This document shows positions 36,059-45,871 of a stretch of DNA of 64,000 nucleotides, piece after piece. Position 1 is the first letter of the stretch. Each line of letters begins with the position of its first letter. The DNA is from Planctomycetota bacterium (GTDB taxonomy: Bacteria; Planctomycetota; UBA11346), in contig JANQLF010000278.1 of assembly GCA_028280785.1 (NCBI GenBank), forward strand, positions 2,671-66,670, written 5' to 3'. The notes below the pieces were generated by a model. It was given only the letters and a program-made list of their open reading frames with translations. It ran no database searches and was not told the origin of the DNA. A program made the position numbers and the translations under genes.

Positions 36059-36406
36059 ATGCAACTAGTTAACAAAGGTTTGCTCGGGGCCATTGTCAGC
36101 ATTGGCATTCATATTGCAGCCAAATCGCGCTTCTTTTTTATTGCTGGCTTATTGCCGTTGTTCCCGGCCTTTGCGCTTATCGCTCATTGGAGCGTTGGCC
36201 AAGAGCGCGGTCTTAGCGATTTACGCGTGTGTATTATTTTCACCATGCTCTCGCTGATTCCCTATGCAGCGTATTTAATCAGCATGCTGGTGTGCATCGA
36301 GCGCTATTCCTTGGGTCGTTCCTTAATGCTCAGCAGCATCATTTGGTTGGTCTTTGCCGCTGCCTTAATCATTGCTTGGCAGCTCTACGGCATCAAATCG
36401 TTGTAA
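36059..36406 (+). CDS. glpM: GlpM-family membrane protein
   Basis: AGLLPLFPAFALIAHWSVGQERG...IIFTMLSLIPYAAYL closely parallels E. coli GlpM as I recall it (AGLIPLFPTFALIAHYIV...IIFSMWSIIPY). Confidence 0.75.
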   Translation: MQLVNKGLLGAIVSIGIHIAAKSRFFFIAGLLPLFPAFALIAHWSVGQERGLSDLRVCIIFTMLSLIPYAAYLISMLVCIERYSLGRSLMLSSIIWLVFAAALIIAWQLYGIKSL

Positions 36407-36507
36407 ATCCTTAAGCCTTATAGCCTTTACCTTTTGCCCGTGGCTACTAGCATGCGCGCCCATTTCAGCAATTCGTGGTGAGTTGCTGCTTTTGAAACGA
36501 GCGAGTT

Positions 36508-38532
36508 ATGCCCAATTTTACTCTACCTGATGGAGCGACGCTAAGTTTGGAAGGCGAAGTCACGGGCTTCGACATAGCCAAAGCGATCAGCTCTAGTTTG
36601 GCAAAAAAGGCCTTGGCTATCAAGGTCGACGATGAGGTATTGGATCTTGCTCGAACTATCACCGCTGATGCCAGCATCAGCATAATCATGCCGGACAATG
36701 AAGACAAAGACGCACTTGATGTGCTGCGTCATTCTTGTGCCCACGTTTTAGCTGAAGCGGTATGTGAATTATTTCCCGGAACCAAATTAGCATATGGTCC
36801 TGCGGTCGATGATGGCTTCTTTTATGATATGGCGACGCCGAAAGCAGTAACGGCCGAAGATTTTCAAGCCATCGAAAAAAAGATGAAACAAATCATCAAA
36901 GAGAACCGTCGCTTTGTTCGTTGTGAATATTCAACCGATGATGGCCTCAAGCGCACTGATGGTGATAAATATAAAACAGACAATGCTGAGCGCGCCATTG
37001 AACGCGGTTCTGAATCATTGTCATTTTATGTAACCGGTGAAGAGGGTAAGCATTTTGAAGATTTGTGCGCAGGTCCGCATGTTCCTAGCACTGGCAAATT
37101 AAAAGCATTTAAAGTGACGGCCGTTTCTGGCGCCTATTGGCACGGTGATCAATCATCAGATCAATTAACCCGTATCTACGGTACCTGTTTTGCAGATCGT
37201 GATGGGCTTGATGCCCACTTAAAACGTTTGGAAGAAGCCAAAAAACGTGACCACCGTAAAATCGGTAAGGAAATGCAATTATTCCATATTGATGAAGAAA
37301 ATCCTGGGCAAATATTTTGGCACCATAACGGTTGGTCAATTTATCGTACAGTAGTGGATTACGTACGTGGTAAGATTCTCGATAATGGTTACATCGAAGT
37401 GAAGTCACCACCGATGATGCCGCAAAGCCTTTGGGAAAAATCAGGGCATTGGGCGAAATACCGTGAGAACATGTTTATTACATGGGAAAATGTAACCAAA
37501 GAAGGCGATGACTGTGACCACGATCACGGTTGCGGACATGACCATGGCGATGAAGCGAATAAGAAAGAAGGCGAAGATCGCGTTTTTGCTTTAAAACCAA
37601 TGAATTGTCCCGGCCACATCGAAATATTCAAACAGCATTTACACAGTTACCGCGACCTTCCATTACGTATGGCAGAATTTGGATCGTGCACACGTTTCGA
37701 ACCGAGCGGTGCTTTGCATGGTATCATGCGTGTACGTGGATTCGTACAGGACGACGCACATATTTTTTGTAGTGAAGATCAAATAGCACAAGAAGTCGCA
37801 GATTTTTGCGAACTCTTAAAAGAAATTTATGACGCATTTGGTTTCACCTCAGATAAAGTAAAAGTTAAATTCTCTACACGCCCAGAGGTTCGTGTTGGTA
37901 GTGATGAATCGTGGGATCGTGCAGAAGCGGCTTTAGAAGATGCCTGCAAATTAGCTGGCTTAGAGTATGAAGTCAGCCCAGGTGAAGGCGCTTTCTATGG
38001 TCCGAAACTTGAGTTTACCTTGCTAGACTGCTTAGGTCGTGAATGGCAGTGCGGAACAATTCAAGTTGATTATCAATTACCATCAGCGGAACGTTTAAAT
38101 GCAACCTATATCGGCGAAGACGGTAATAAACATAACCCGGTTATGTTGCACCGTGCTATCTTAGGCAGCATCGAGCGTTTCATTGGCATTTTGATTGAAG
38201 AATTCGCAGGCAAATTTCCATTGTGGCTGGCGCCAGAACAAGTGCGTATTTTACCGGTCACTGACGAGCATAAAGATTACGCTGAATCAGTTTGCGAAGA
38301 ATTAAAAGCTGTGGGCATCTTATGCACGGTAGACTCGAAGTCTGAAAAACTCGGTGCAAAAATTCGCAACGCTCGTAATGCGCGAGTGAATTATTTCGCT
38401 GTGGTTGGCGCTCAAGAAATCGAAGAAAAAACCGTTTCATTGCAACAGCAAGACGGTACTAAACTCGGTTCCAAAGATGTGGCTACCTTAATTAGTGAAC
38501 TGCAGGACGAAATAAATACCAAACGTCTTTAG
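36508..38532 (+). CDS. thrS: Threonyl-tRNA synthetase with a His/Asp/Cys-rich insertion
   Basis: It has the TGS N-terminus, the editing-domain motif HSCAHVL, the class II core [17 protein letters not shown], and an anticodon-binding C-terminus. The extra segment [31 protein letters not shown] precedes KPMNCPGH. Confidence 0.95.
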   Translation: [674 protein letters not shown]

Positions 38533-38540
38533 TTTTTTAT

Positions 38541-38731
38541 TAGAACCACAGATGGACACCGATTAACAGGATAAGCGCTGATTATAAGAAAAGCGTCCCT
38601 GGGAATGCCGAGCTCCAGCTCGGCCAAGGGTGATGTATTCAGGTTATACCATGAACAACGGTTTCACCTAGGAACCACAATTAATTAAATAATGAAACGT
38701 CTTCGCCGAGCTGGTGCTCGGCATTCCCAGG
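38541..38731. repeat. Intergenic nested-palindrome repeat, family 1, copy B
   Basis: tagaaccacagatggacac (38541-38559) is shared with copy A. The 27-nt arms cctgggaatgccgagctccagctcggc (38598-38624) and gccgagctggtgctcggcattcccagg (38705-38731) pair with one mismatch. An internal ggaaccacaattaat echoes the left flank of copy A. Confidence 0.8.
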
Positions 38732-38847
38732 AATAGTCTATCCGTGGTCCAAATTTGACCACATGTTCTTATAAAATTACTAAATTAACGCGATAACAAC
38801 GCTTTTATGCAGGTCACCCAATTTAAACAACGAGAGTCGAAAAATAA

Positions 38848-38885
38848 AAAGGTGCCGCTTGAAGCGACACCTTTGACTTTTTGTT
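38848..38885. terminator. Probable bidirectional rho-independent terminator
   Basis: In aaaggtgccgct-tga-agcgacaccttt, the stem pairs at 8 of 9 positions, extended by A/T pairs. T-runs follow on both strands (tttgactttttgtttt on plus, tttttatttttc on minus). Confidence 0.55.
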
Positions 38886-39048
38886 TTGGGGGTTACATCC
38901 CCGAGCCCCCCGCTTACTTTGTACGGTCAAGCCGCATCGAGATCTTCTCTATTTTTGTCCGTTTTACTCCCAAAAATTATGGCCAAGTGGGCCATACCGT
39001 TCATCGGCGCTCGCCGCTGCGAGAACGCAGCGTGAGTACCGGCATTAT

Positions 39049-39249
39049 TTATGATGCTACTTTGAGTACCTCGTAGCAAACGCGTGCGGGTGAAATATCT
39101 TTAAAGTTCACGCGCATGCGATTCTGGTACATCCAGTCTACGACGCGCCAGGCGTCGGATTCGTTACTGCTTGGATGGAAATCTTCGTCTACAGTGCCTA
39201 ATACGATCTTGGAAACACAACGGTCGATGTCTTCGGTATTCATAATCAA
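39049..39249 (-). CDS. Small hypothetical protein (66 aa) downstream of the anti-sigma gene
   Basis: The ORF has the SD-like aggaaggattg upstream (seen as caatccttcct on the plus strand at 39247-39257). I recognise no family. Confidence 0.4.
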   Translation of the reverse strand: MIMNTEDIDRCVSKIVLGTVDEDFHPSSNESDAWRVVDWMYQNRMRVNFKDISPARVCYEVLKVAS

Positions 39250-39436
39250 TCCTTCCTTCTATCTATAGTTGTCTGCTCGAAGGCAGATGTATCAAAGTTT
39301 CTTGTAAACATCTAAATATGCTATGTTTACGTAGAATCAGCGATGCAGAACTTAAGAACAACTACCCGCATACATACTAGATTCCGAAACCTAAAGATAC
39401 TAACGCATCAATTCTAAGCTGGTTCAGTGTCTCTAT

Positions 39437-40849
39437 TTACGGCAATTCGAGTCGAAGCTCTTTCCATAAGACCTTTACAGAACCCTTGTTACGTTGTGTC
39501 GAGCCACGAACACCCACATAGACCTCGGTGCTGGGTAGCTTGAGCTCTTCGGTGTGGACTTCCTGGCCATCGAGGCGGACGCTGAAGCGTTGTTTGCTGA
39601 CACTCATTTCGACCTGAAACCAGCGGTCAAAGACGAGGCCGTCATTATCACGCCAACTCGAGACTTGCCCACCACCATTCAAACGCGTGGCTACGTGTTT
39701 ATTGACGTCCATTAAGGCGATGCGTTGGAAGTTTTCACTTTGACCTTCTTCATCATGTTTTTGTGGTAACGAACTGGCGATAAACATCGACGCAATGCAG
39801 CTGCTATCAGTTTGTTCTATTTTCACCTTACCACTTAGGGTGATGGCTTTATCACCGAGCTTAAATTTTTCCTGCGAATACAAAGCTGCGCCATGCCAAT
39901 TGCTCCATTCATCTGTTTTTAAATCAATTAAGGCCTGTTGATTATTGATGATTGGTTTCACGCTGCCAAATAAGTGCACCTGTGCTAAAAAATCTTTGTC
40001 GTTTGGCTTACGTTTCTGAACAGCAATTTTTTCACCAGCACTCAACAATGACTCTTTACCGCTTATAAAATCCTTCACTGAAACGTTGCCTTCGCTGACT
40101 ACGACTTCACTGTGATCATTGTCAGCAATAACATCAAATGCTGTACCGATGACTTTTACCTGTAGGTGTTTAGTTATAACACCGACGACGTGATTATTAT
40201 TTTGTTTGCTCACCCGGGCAGCAACATTGCCATGAGCGAGCTCAAGCATGCTTGTGTCGCTGAGGGCGTGTATGTCTAAGTGAATGTTGCCAGATAAAGT
40301 AAATGTACTCTTATCATTTAAGGTGAGGACAATGGTACCGTTGCCACGAAGATTGTCATTATCACGGCAATCAGCTTTCTTATCCAACGTGTTGTTGTTC
40401 AGGGTAAATAAACCGGAAGTAATTTCCCAGCTACCAATACTGTCTTGAACAATACGTTGATCTGTGTTTTGCCCGTTAGAATCATTACCAACTAAGAAAA
40501 GGCCCATAAAAACTAAGATACTGGCAGCGACCGCAATCCACAACGCTTGATACGATGTCTTCTTTTTAGGGGCCTTGCTACGGCGCTGGCGTTTACGCTG
40601 AATAGAATCGAGGGTTTGTTGTTTTTGACTGGCCCGATCTGCTTTACTGAGGGCAATACAACGTCTAGCTAATTCGTCAGCATTTTGTTCTTCGCTTAGT
40701 TGTTCTTTGATGATACCTGCTGATTCCATATAACGCAGAAAATACGTACGCGCTTCTTCATCGTTTTGAATAATTTCTAATAATTCATTGTAGCCATCAT
40801 CACTGATGTCACCATCTTCAAAAGCGGCGATCAGTTCTTCTAAGTTCAC
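39437..40849 (-). CDS. FecR-type anti-sigma factor / transmembrane sensor
   Basis: Its start overlaps the ECF sigma stop by 4 nt. It has a cytoplasmic N-terminal helix, a single TM (ALWIAVAASILVFMGLFLV), a FecR-like beta region and a C-terminal lectin-like domain. Confidence 0.7.
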   Translation of the reverse strand: MNLEELIAAFEDGDISDDGYNELLEIIQNDEEARTYFLRYMESAGIIKEQLSEEQNADELARRCIALSKADRASQKQQTLDSIQRKRQRRSKAPKKKTSYQALWIAVAASILVFMGLFLVGNDSNGQNTDQRIVQDSIGSWEITSGLFTLNNNTLDKKADCRDNDNLRGNGTIVLTLNDKSTFTLSGNIHLDIHALSDTSMLELAHGNVAARVSKQNNNHVVGVITKHLQVKVIGTAFDVIADNDHSEVVVSEGNVSVKDFISGKESLLSAGEKIAVQKRKPNDKDFLAQVHLFGSVKPIINNQQALIDLKTDEWSNWHGAALYSQEKFKLGDKAITLSGKVKIEQTDSSCIASMFIASSLPQKHDEEGQSENFQRIALMDVNKHVATRLNGGGQVSSWRDNDGLVFDRWFQVEMSVSKQRFSVRLDGQEVHTEELKLPSTEVYVGVRGSTQRNKGSVKVLWKELRLELP

Positions 40850-41406
40850 GCAGCACCGCCTTTGCTCTCAACGCAATCGCGGAGCTTGAGGGTGAGGCGC
40901 TGAATTTCACGCGATAGTGCCTGTAAGGGCTTCTTAAATGACTGAGCTAATTTTTTAAAGCTATGACCTTCGGCGTAACGCGCATGTAAAATTTTCTTAT
41001 GTCGATCGCTTATCGCTTGCATGCATGATTGTAAATGTTGCCATTTTAAATCAGCATTGGGATCTTCCTCGTCGGTTTTTTGAATGAGATGATCGCACAA
41101 TATATTTTCTATGGATTCACTGCGACTCTGTTCATTTTTCAATCGGCGTAGTGCGTTTAGCAATTTAAATTTTGCAATGCCGCACAACCACGACGAGACT
41201 AATTTGGGATCGCGTAATTTGCCAATTTGTTCCCACGCAGCGATAAAGCATTCTTGAACGACATCTTCGACGATATCAAAATGTGAACTACGCGCGGCAA
41301 TAAAACGACGCACATAACTTTGATAGCGATCAACCAGGATGGCAAAGGCCTCCTGGTCTTGCTGACGAATACGTTCAACTAATTCAATGTCATCGGGTTC
41401 TGACAT
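40846..41406 (-). CDS. ECF (group IV) sigma-70 factor
   Basis: It has a region 2 (FAILVDRYQSYVRRFI...DIVEDVVQECFIAAW) and a region 4 HTH (YAEGHSFKKLAQSF). The 186-aa size is typical. Confidence 0.85.
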   Translation of the reverse strand: MSEPDDIELVERIRQQDQEAFAILVDRYQSYVRRFIAARSSHFDIVEDVVQECFIAAWEQIGKLRDPKLVSSWLCGIAKFKLLNALRRLKNEQSRSESIENILCDHLIQKTDEEDPNADLKWQHLQSCMQAISDRHKKILHARYAEGHSFKKLAQSFKKPLQALSREIQRLTLKLRDCVESKGGAA

Positions 41407-41636
41407 GGCTCTGCTTTATATATAAGTATGCAGATCGTGAAAAACACGACGCTGCCTTCTCTAAACATTGATTTTATAAGGAGATAGATCATATCAGCAA
41501 AGACAAACACCAGATCGCTTCGACCATTGTCTCTGAAGGGCTAATTCTCTTTTACTGCAATCATAATAAGCATTTAAAGAAGAAACTGACGCATGCTGCG
41601 TGGCTGGGCTACTACTGATGAACCCAGAGGAAGCCC

Positions 41637-44600
41637 ATGTCTATTCGTTATCTTTTCATTCTCCCAATGTTGCTCCTATGTACGGCAGCAGCCTTAGTCG
41701 GCGCCGATAAATCACGCTTGGTGGTACTGACCGATATAGGTGGGGGCGATCCTGATGATGAACAATCATTAGTGCGGCTTTTAGTCTATGCCAACGAGTT
41801 TGACATCGAGGCATTAATTGCCGGTGCTCATTTAGATTCAGGCACGGATACCAGTGAACATTTAATTTACACGGCTATTGATCGCTATGAATCAGATCGA
41901 CCAAATTTAATTAAGCATGCCTCTGGTTACCCGACAGCTGCGCATTTACGAACAAAAGTATTTAAAGGTCAAGGCGATGCAGGTATTTCTGGCATTGGTG
42001 CAGGTAAAGATACCGCCGGCAGCAATGCAATCATATCTATTGTAGATGCCAGCGATTCACGACCGGTAGATTTTGCTATTTGGGGTGGTGCGACTGATTT
42101 GGGTCAGGCCCTGTGGCGCGTGCAAAATGATCGAAGCCAAGCACAGGTAAATGCCTTTGTTGCGAAAATTCGCATTGCCTGGGTTGAACAGGACGACGGT
42201 GTTTCTTGGATTAAATCTACTTTTCCAAATTTATTTATTGTCAGTAATGTTGTTGCGCCCGGAGAAAATTCCTGGTGGGAAGCACCATTTCGTGGCATGT
42301 ACTTAGGAGGTGACACTTCTTTAACGACAGCTTCTTGGGTTACGACACACGTCCTTAATCATGGTCAGGTTTCCTTATCCTATCCACCGGTTGCCGCTGG
42401 TGGTGAAATGAAAGAAGGCGATACACCAACCACATTTTATTTTTTACATAATGGTTTAAACGATCCATCACAACCATCGTGGGGTGGTTGGGGCGGCCGT
42501 TATTTAATTAATGGCCCACACCACGCGCCAGCAAAAGATAATGGTGATGGTGGTTTGCATGGTAGAAATACGGTTAACCGTTGGCGTCTCGAATATCAAA
42601 ACGATTTTCAGGCACGCATGGACTGGGCGAAAACATCTGCATATGTCGATGCCAATCATAATCCCGTCGCCAGTATCAGTGGTGCATTATTTCGCACCGT
42701 TGCGCCCAGCACGCTTGTTACGTTAAATGCATCGGGTTCGAGCGACCCAGATGGTGATAACTTAAGTTATGAATGGTTTCAATATACCGAAGCCGATACT
42801 TATGCTGGGAGCGTAAGTATTAATGGGAGCACATCATCAACAGCCAGTTTCACAGCGCCAAGCGTCGCTAGTGCGCAAACCGTGCATATTATTTTAAAAG
42901 TCAGAGATAATGGTTTACCAAATTTATTTTCTTATTTACGTGCAGTCATAACGATCGATCCCAATGCAGGCGGTGGTAATACACCTCCGGCAGTAAACGC
43001 AGGATCAGATCAAAACATTACACTTCCCTCTGGTGCAAATTTAAATGGAACGGTGAGCGATGCAGATGGCGATAGCCTCAGCATTTCCTGGACCAAGGCT
43101 TCTGGTCCAGGCACCGTTACGTTTAATAACGCATCAGCAGAAGATACCTACGCCAGTTTTTCAACAGCAGGTACCTATATTTTAACCTTAGCTGCAAATG
43201 ATGGCAGCGTTACGATTTCTGATAATGTCACGATAACGGTTAACGGTGCGCCGAATAATCCACCTTCAGTTGACGCCGGTTCACCTATATCTGTTACCTT
43301 ACCAAGTGCAGCGAATCTTAATGGAACAGTAAGCGATCCAGAAGGTGACTCGTTAACAACAAGCTGGTCAAAAATCAGCGGACCGGGTGTCGTTACCTTT
43401 GGTAATGTGAATGCAGTTGATACGACCGCGAGTTTTTCAGTCGCTGGTTCTTATGTCTTACAATTACAGGCGAGTGATGGCATTAATGCTGCAGTAAGCG
43501 ATACCGTATCGGTAACAGTAAATAGCGATGGAACGGGTAGTGATAAAGTAATTGATATACAATGTAATGAAGGCAGTGGCTTAAGTGCCAACGATGCATC
43601 AGTCTATAATAATCACGGTACATTAGTGAATATGGAAAGCAGTGATTGGGAAACAGGAGTCAGTGGTTCTGCTATTGTAACTGATGATGTGAATGAAGTC
43701 TTAATTATCGATAATGATGCCAGTTGGAGTGGCATTAGCGGTGACTATACCCTGGCGTTCTGGGCAAAAATCGGTGCCTATAATGCTTACGATATGATTT
43801 GTTCGGTTGGTCCATGGAGTGGCGGCACCTTTCGTCTCTATGTGAATAATGGTGCAATAACCGTTGTGGCGCCAACCGATGGATCCTGGGGTGGTGGTAT
43901 GAGCGCGAGTTCACGCAGTGAATTAGGCGATGGGCAATTTCATCACTACGCGGTTATTCGTGATACCAGTGCTGGTAATTTAGTTTTGTATATTGATGGC
44001 CAAGCGGTCGCTACAGACCAGTATATTAATGGTAATAATATTTTTGGACTTGGTAATTTTGCTTTTGGTGGTGGTGATAATGCAGCGAATGCATTAGAAG
44101 CTTCTTTTGATAATATCGAATTATATACACGAGCACTGAGCAGTGCTGAATTAAACGATATCGTGAATAGCGGCAGTGGCGGTGGTTCTGGCAATACTGC
44201 ACCGACAGTCGATGCTGGTCCCGATCAAAGCATTACTTTACCTGCATCAGCAACGTTAAATGGAACGGTAGCGGACGCCGATGGCGATAATCTTACGGTT
44301 TCATGGATTAAATATACTGGTCCAGGTACGGTTACCTTTGGCAATGCCAACGCTGAAGATACGACAGCAAGCTTTTCAGTCGACGGTACCTATGTCTTAC
44401 GTTTATTAGCCAATGATGGTCAGGTGTCGACGAGCGATTATGTGACAATAACTGTTAACCCCGAACAAAGTGGCGGAGGCGGTGGTGGACCGAGCGATGC
44501 GTTAATCGATCTCAATTTTGATGAGGGCAGCGGCTTAACGGCAAATGATGCATCAGGAAATAATAACCATGGCTCATTAATGAATATGGAATCGAGTGAT

Positions 44601-45827
44601 TGGACGACTGGTCAATTTAATAGCGCTGTAGAAACCGATGGCAGTAACGAACACGTGCAAATTAATGATGACGCGAGTTGGAAAGTGTCTGGTAGCTACA
44701 GCATCAGTTTTTGGGCTAAAATAGACACTATTGCTAATTACAAGAATTTATTTTCGGTAGGAGATTGGAGTACTGGCACCTTACGCCTATATATTCAAAA
44801 TGGTCATTGGGGCTTACATGCGACCACCGATGGCTCATGGAGCGGTGGTGGCAGTTCCATCCAATTACCAGAATTAAACAGCCCAGATGGTCAATATCAC
44901 CATTATGCCTTAATACGTGATACCGATGCAGCAAATATGGTTTTATATGTTGATGGTGTCGCGGTATTAACGGACAACTATATTAACGGTAATAATGTTT
45001 GGGGCAGCCATCATTTATGCCTTGGTGCTTCACAGGGTGGTGGCAATGCCTTGGACTGCGATATCGATGATTTTCGTATGTATGGTCGCGCCTTAAGCAG
45101 CAGTGAATTAAATGATATTATTAATGGCAGTGGTGGTTCGGGTGGCGGTGGATCGGGCGGCGGCTCCGGTGGTGGTAACCCAGGTGATGACGCCGTCATC
45201 TATTTAGACTGTGATGAAAATACCGGTACACTTGCACAAGACGGAAGTGGTAATGCCAATGATGGATCATTAAACAATGGTGCGGCTTGGACTGCCGGGG
45301 AAATTGGTTCAGCAATAAGCTTCGATGGTATCAATGATAATTTACTTATTGCGAGTGATGCATCGTGGGCTGCCAATAATGATGCCTTCACGCTAGCCTT
45401 CTGGTGCAAAGTCGATGCTTCAGGAAGTTATGATTTACTATGTAGCGTTGGCGATTGGTCCGATGGTAATTTACGCATCTATGCTAATGCCAATAAATGG
45501 ACCTTCTTTATGCCAACGACTGGTTCTTGGTCTGGTGGTGCAACATCGGCAGTGCGACCTGAATTAAGTAATCCTGATGGGTTATTTCATCATATCGCCT
45601 TAATTTATGACGGCACTATCATGCAGCTGTATGTTGACGGCGCAGTCGTCGCCACTGATAATTATGTCAATGGCGATACCGATTTTGGCAATCTTGATTT
45701 ATCATTTGGTGCAGGGGTGAGTGGTGGCAACGGACTCGACTGTAATGTCGATGAGATTCGTTGGTATACGCGCGCATTAAGTGCTACTGAAATATCTGAC
45801 TTGATGGGCCCTGGCGGCGCTAATTAA
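41637..45827 (+). CDS. Giant secreted modular protein: DUF1593 nucleoside-hydrolase-like domain + Ig/PKD-like repeats + three LamG-like lectin domains
   Basis: It has a signal peptide. LVVLTDIGGGDPDDEQSLVRLLVYANEFDIEALI matches DUF1593 as I recall it. Three ~90-aa repeats follow (NAGSDQNITLP...GDSLSISW...GPGTVTF), then three ~190-aa repeats ending RALSSAELNDI, joined by Gly/Ser linkers. Confidence 0.75.
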   Translation: MSIRYLFILPMLLLCTAAALVGADKSRLVVLTDIGGGDPDDEQSLVRLLVYANEFDIEALIAGAHLDSGTDTSEHLIYTAIDRYESDRPNLIKHASGYPTAAHLRTKVFKGQGDAGISGIGAGKDTAGSNAIISIVDASDSRPVDFAIWGGATDLGQALWRVQNDRSQAQVNAFVAKIRIAWVEQDDGVSWIKSTFPNLFIVSNVVAPGENSWWEAPFRGMYLGGDTSLTTASWVTTHVLNHGQVSLSYPPVAAGGEMKEGDTPTTFYFLHNGLNDPSQPSWGGWGGRYLINGPHHAPAKDNGDGGLHGRNTVNRWRLEYQNDFQARMDWAKTSAYVDANHNPVASISGALFRTVAPSTLVTLNASGSSDPDGDNLSYEWFQYTEADTYAGSVSINGSTSSTASFTAPSVASAQTVHIILKVRDNGLPNLFSYLRAVITIDPNAGGGNTPPAVNAGSDQNITLPSGANLNGTVSDADGDSLSISWTKASGPGTVTFNNASAEDTYASFSTAGTYILTLAANDGSVTISDNVTITVNGAPNNPPSVDAGSPISVTLPSAANLNGTVSDPEGDSLTTSWSKISGPGVVTFGNVNAVDTTASFSVAGSYVLQLQASDGINAAVSDTVSVTVNSDGTGSDKVIDIQCNEGSGLSANDASVYNNHGTLVNMESSDWETGVSGSAIVTDDVNEVLIIDNDASWSGISGDYTLAFWAKIGAYNAYDMICSVGPWSGGTFRLYVNNGAITVVAPTDGSWGGGMSASSRSELGDGQFHHYAVIRDTSAGNLVLYIDGQAVATDQYINGNNIFGLGNFAFGGGDNAANALEASFDNIELYTRALSSAELNDIVNSGSGGGSGNTAPTVDAGPDQSITLPASATLNGTVADADGDNLTVSWIKYTGPGTVTFGNANAEDTTASFSVDGTYVLRLLANDGQVSTSDYVTITVNPEQSGGGGGGPSDALIDLNFDEGSGLTANDASGNNNHGSLMNMESSDWTTGQFNSAVETDGSNEHVQINDDASWKVSGSYSISFWAKIDTIANYKNLFSVGDWSTGTLRLYIQNGHWGLHATTDGSWSGGGSSIQLPELNSPDGQYHHYALIRDTDAANMVLYVDGVAVLTDNYINGNNVWGSHHLCLGASQGGGNALDCDIDDFRMYGRALSSSELNDIINGSGGSGGGGSGGGSGGGNPGDDAVIYLDCDENTGTLAQDGSGNANDGSLNNGAAWTAGEIGSAISFDGINDNLLIASDASWAANNDAFTLAFWCKVDASGSYDLLCSVGDWSDGNLRIYANANKWTFFMPTTGSWSGGATSAVRPELSNPDGLFHHIALIYDGTIMQLYVDGAVVATDNYVNGDTDFGNLDLSFGAGVSGGNGLDCNVDEIRWYTRALSATEISDLMGPGGAN

Positions 45828-45837
45828 ACAACGCCAA

Positions 45838-45870
45838 TAAAAAAGTCCCGCGTCGAGCGGGGCTTTTTTA
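45838..45870. terminator. Bidirectional rho-independent terminator
   Basis: aataaaaaagtcccgc-gtcga-gcggggctttttta lies between convergent genes. Confidence 0.8.
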
Positions 45871-45871
45871 A

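Noticed and set aside
36466-36488. Hairpin cagcaa-ttcgtggtgag-ttgctg 20 nt upstream of thrS, as a possible ThrRS operator (tRNA-Thr anticodon mimic)
   Set aside because: The loop contains CGU, but an 11-nt loop and a 6-bp stem are not enough to claim anticodon-arm mimicry. No second domain is evident.
38807-39076. Plus-strand 89-aa ORF after thrS
   Set aside because: It reads through a terminator hairpin and overlaps the minus-strand small gene. Its translation is low-complexity.
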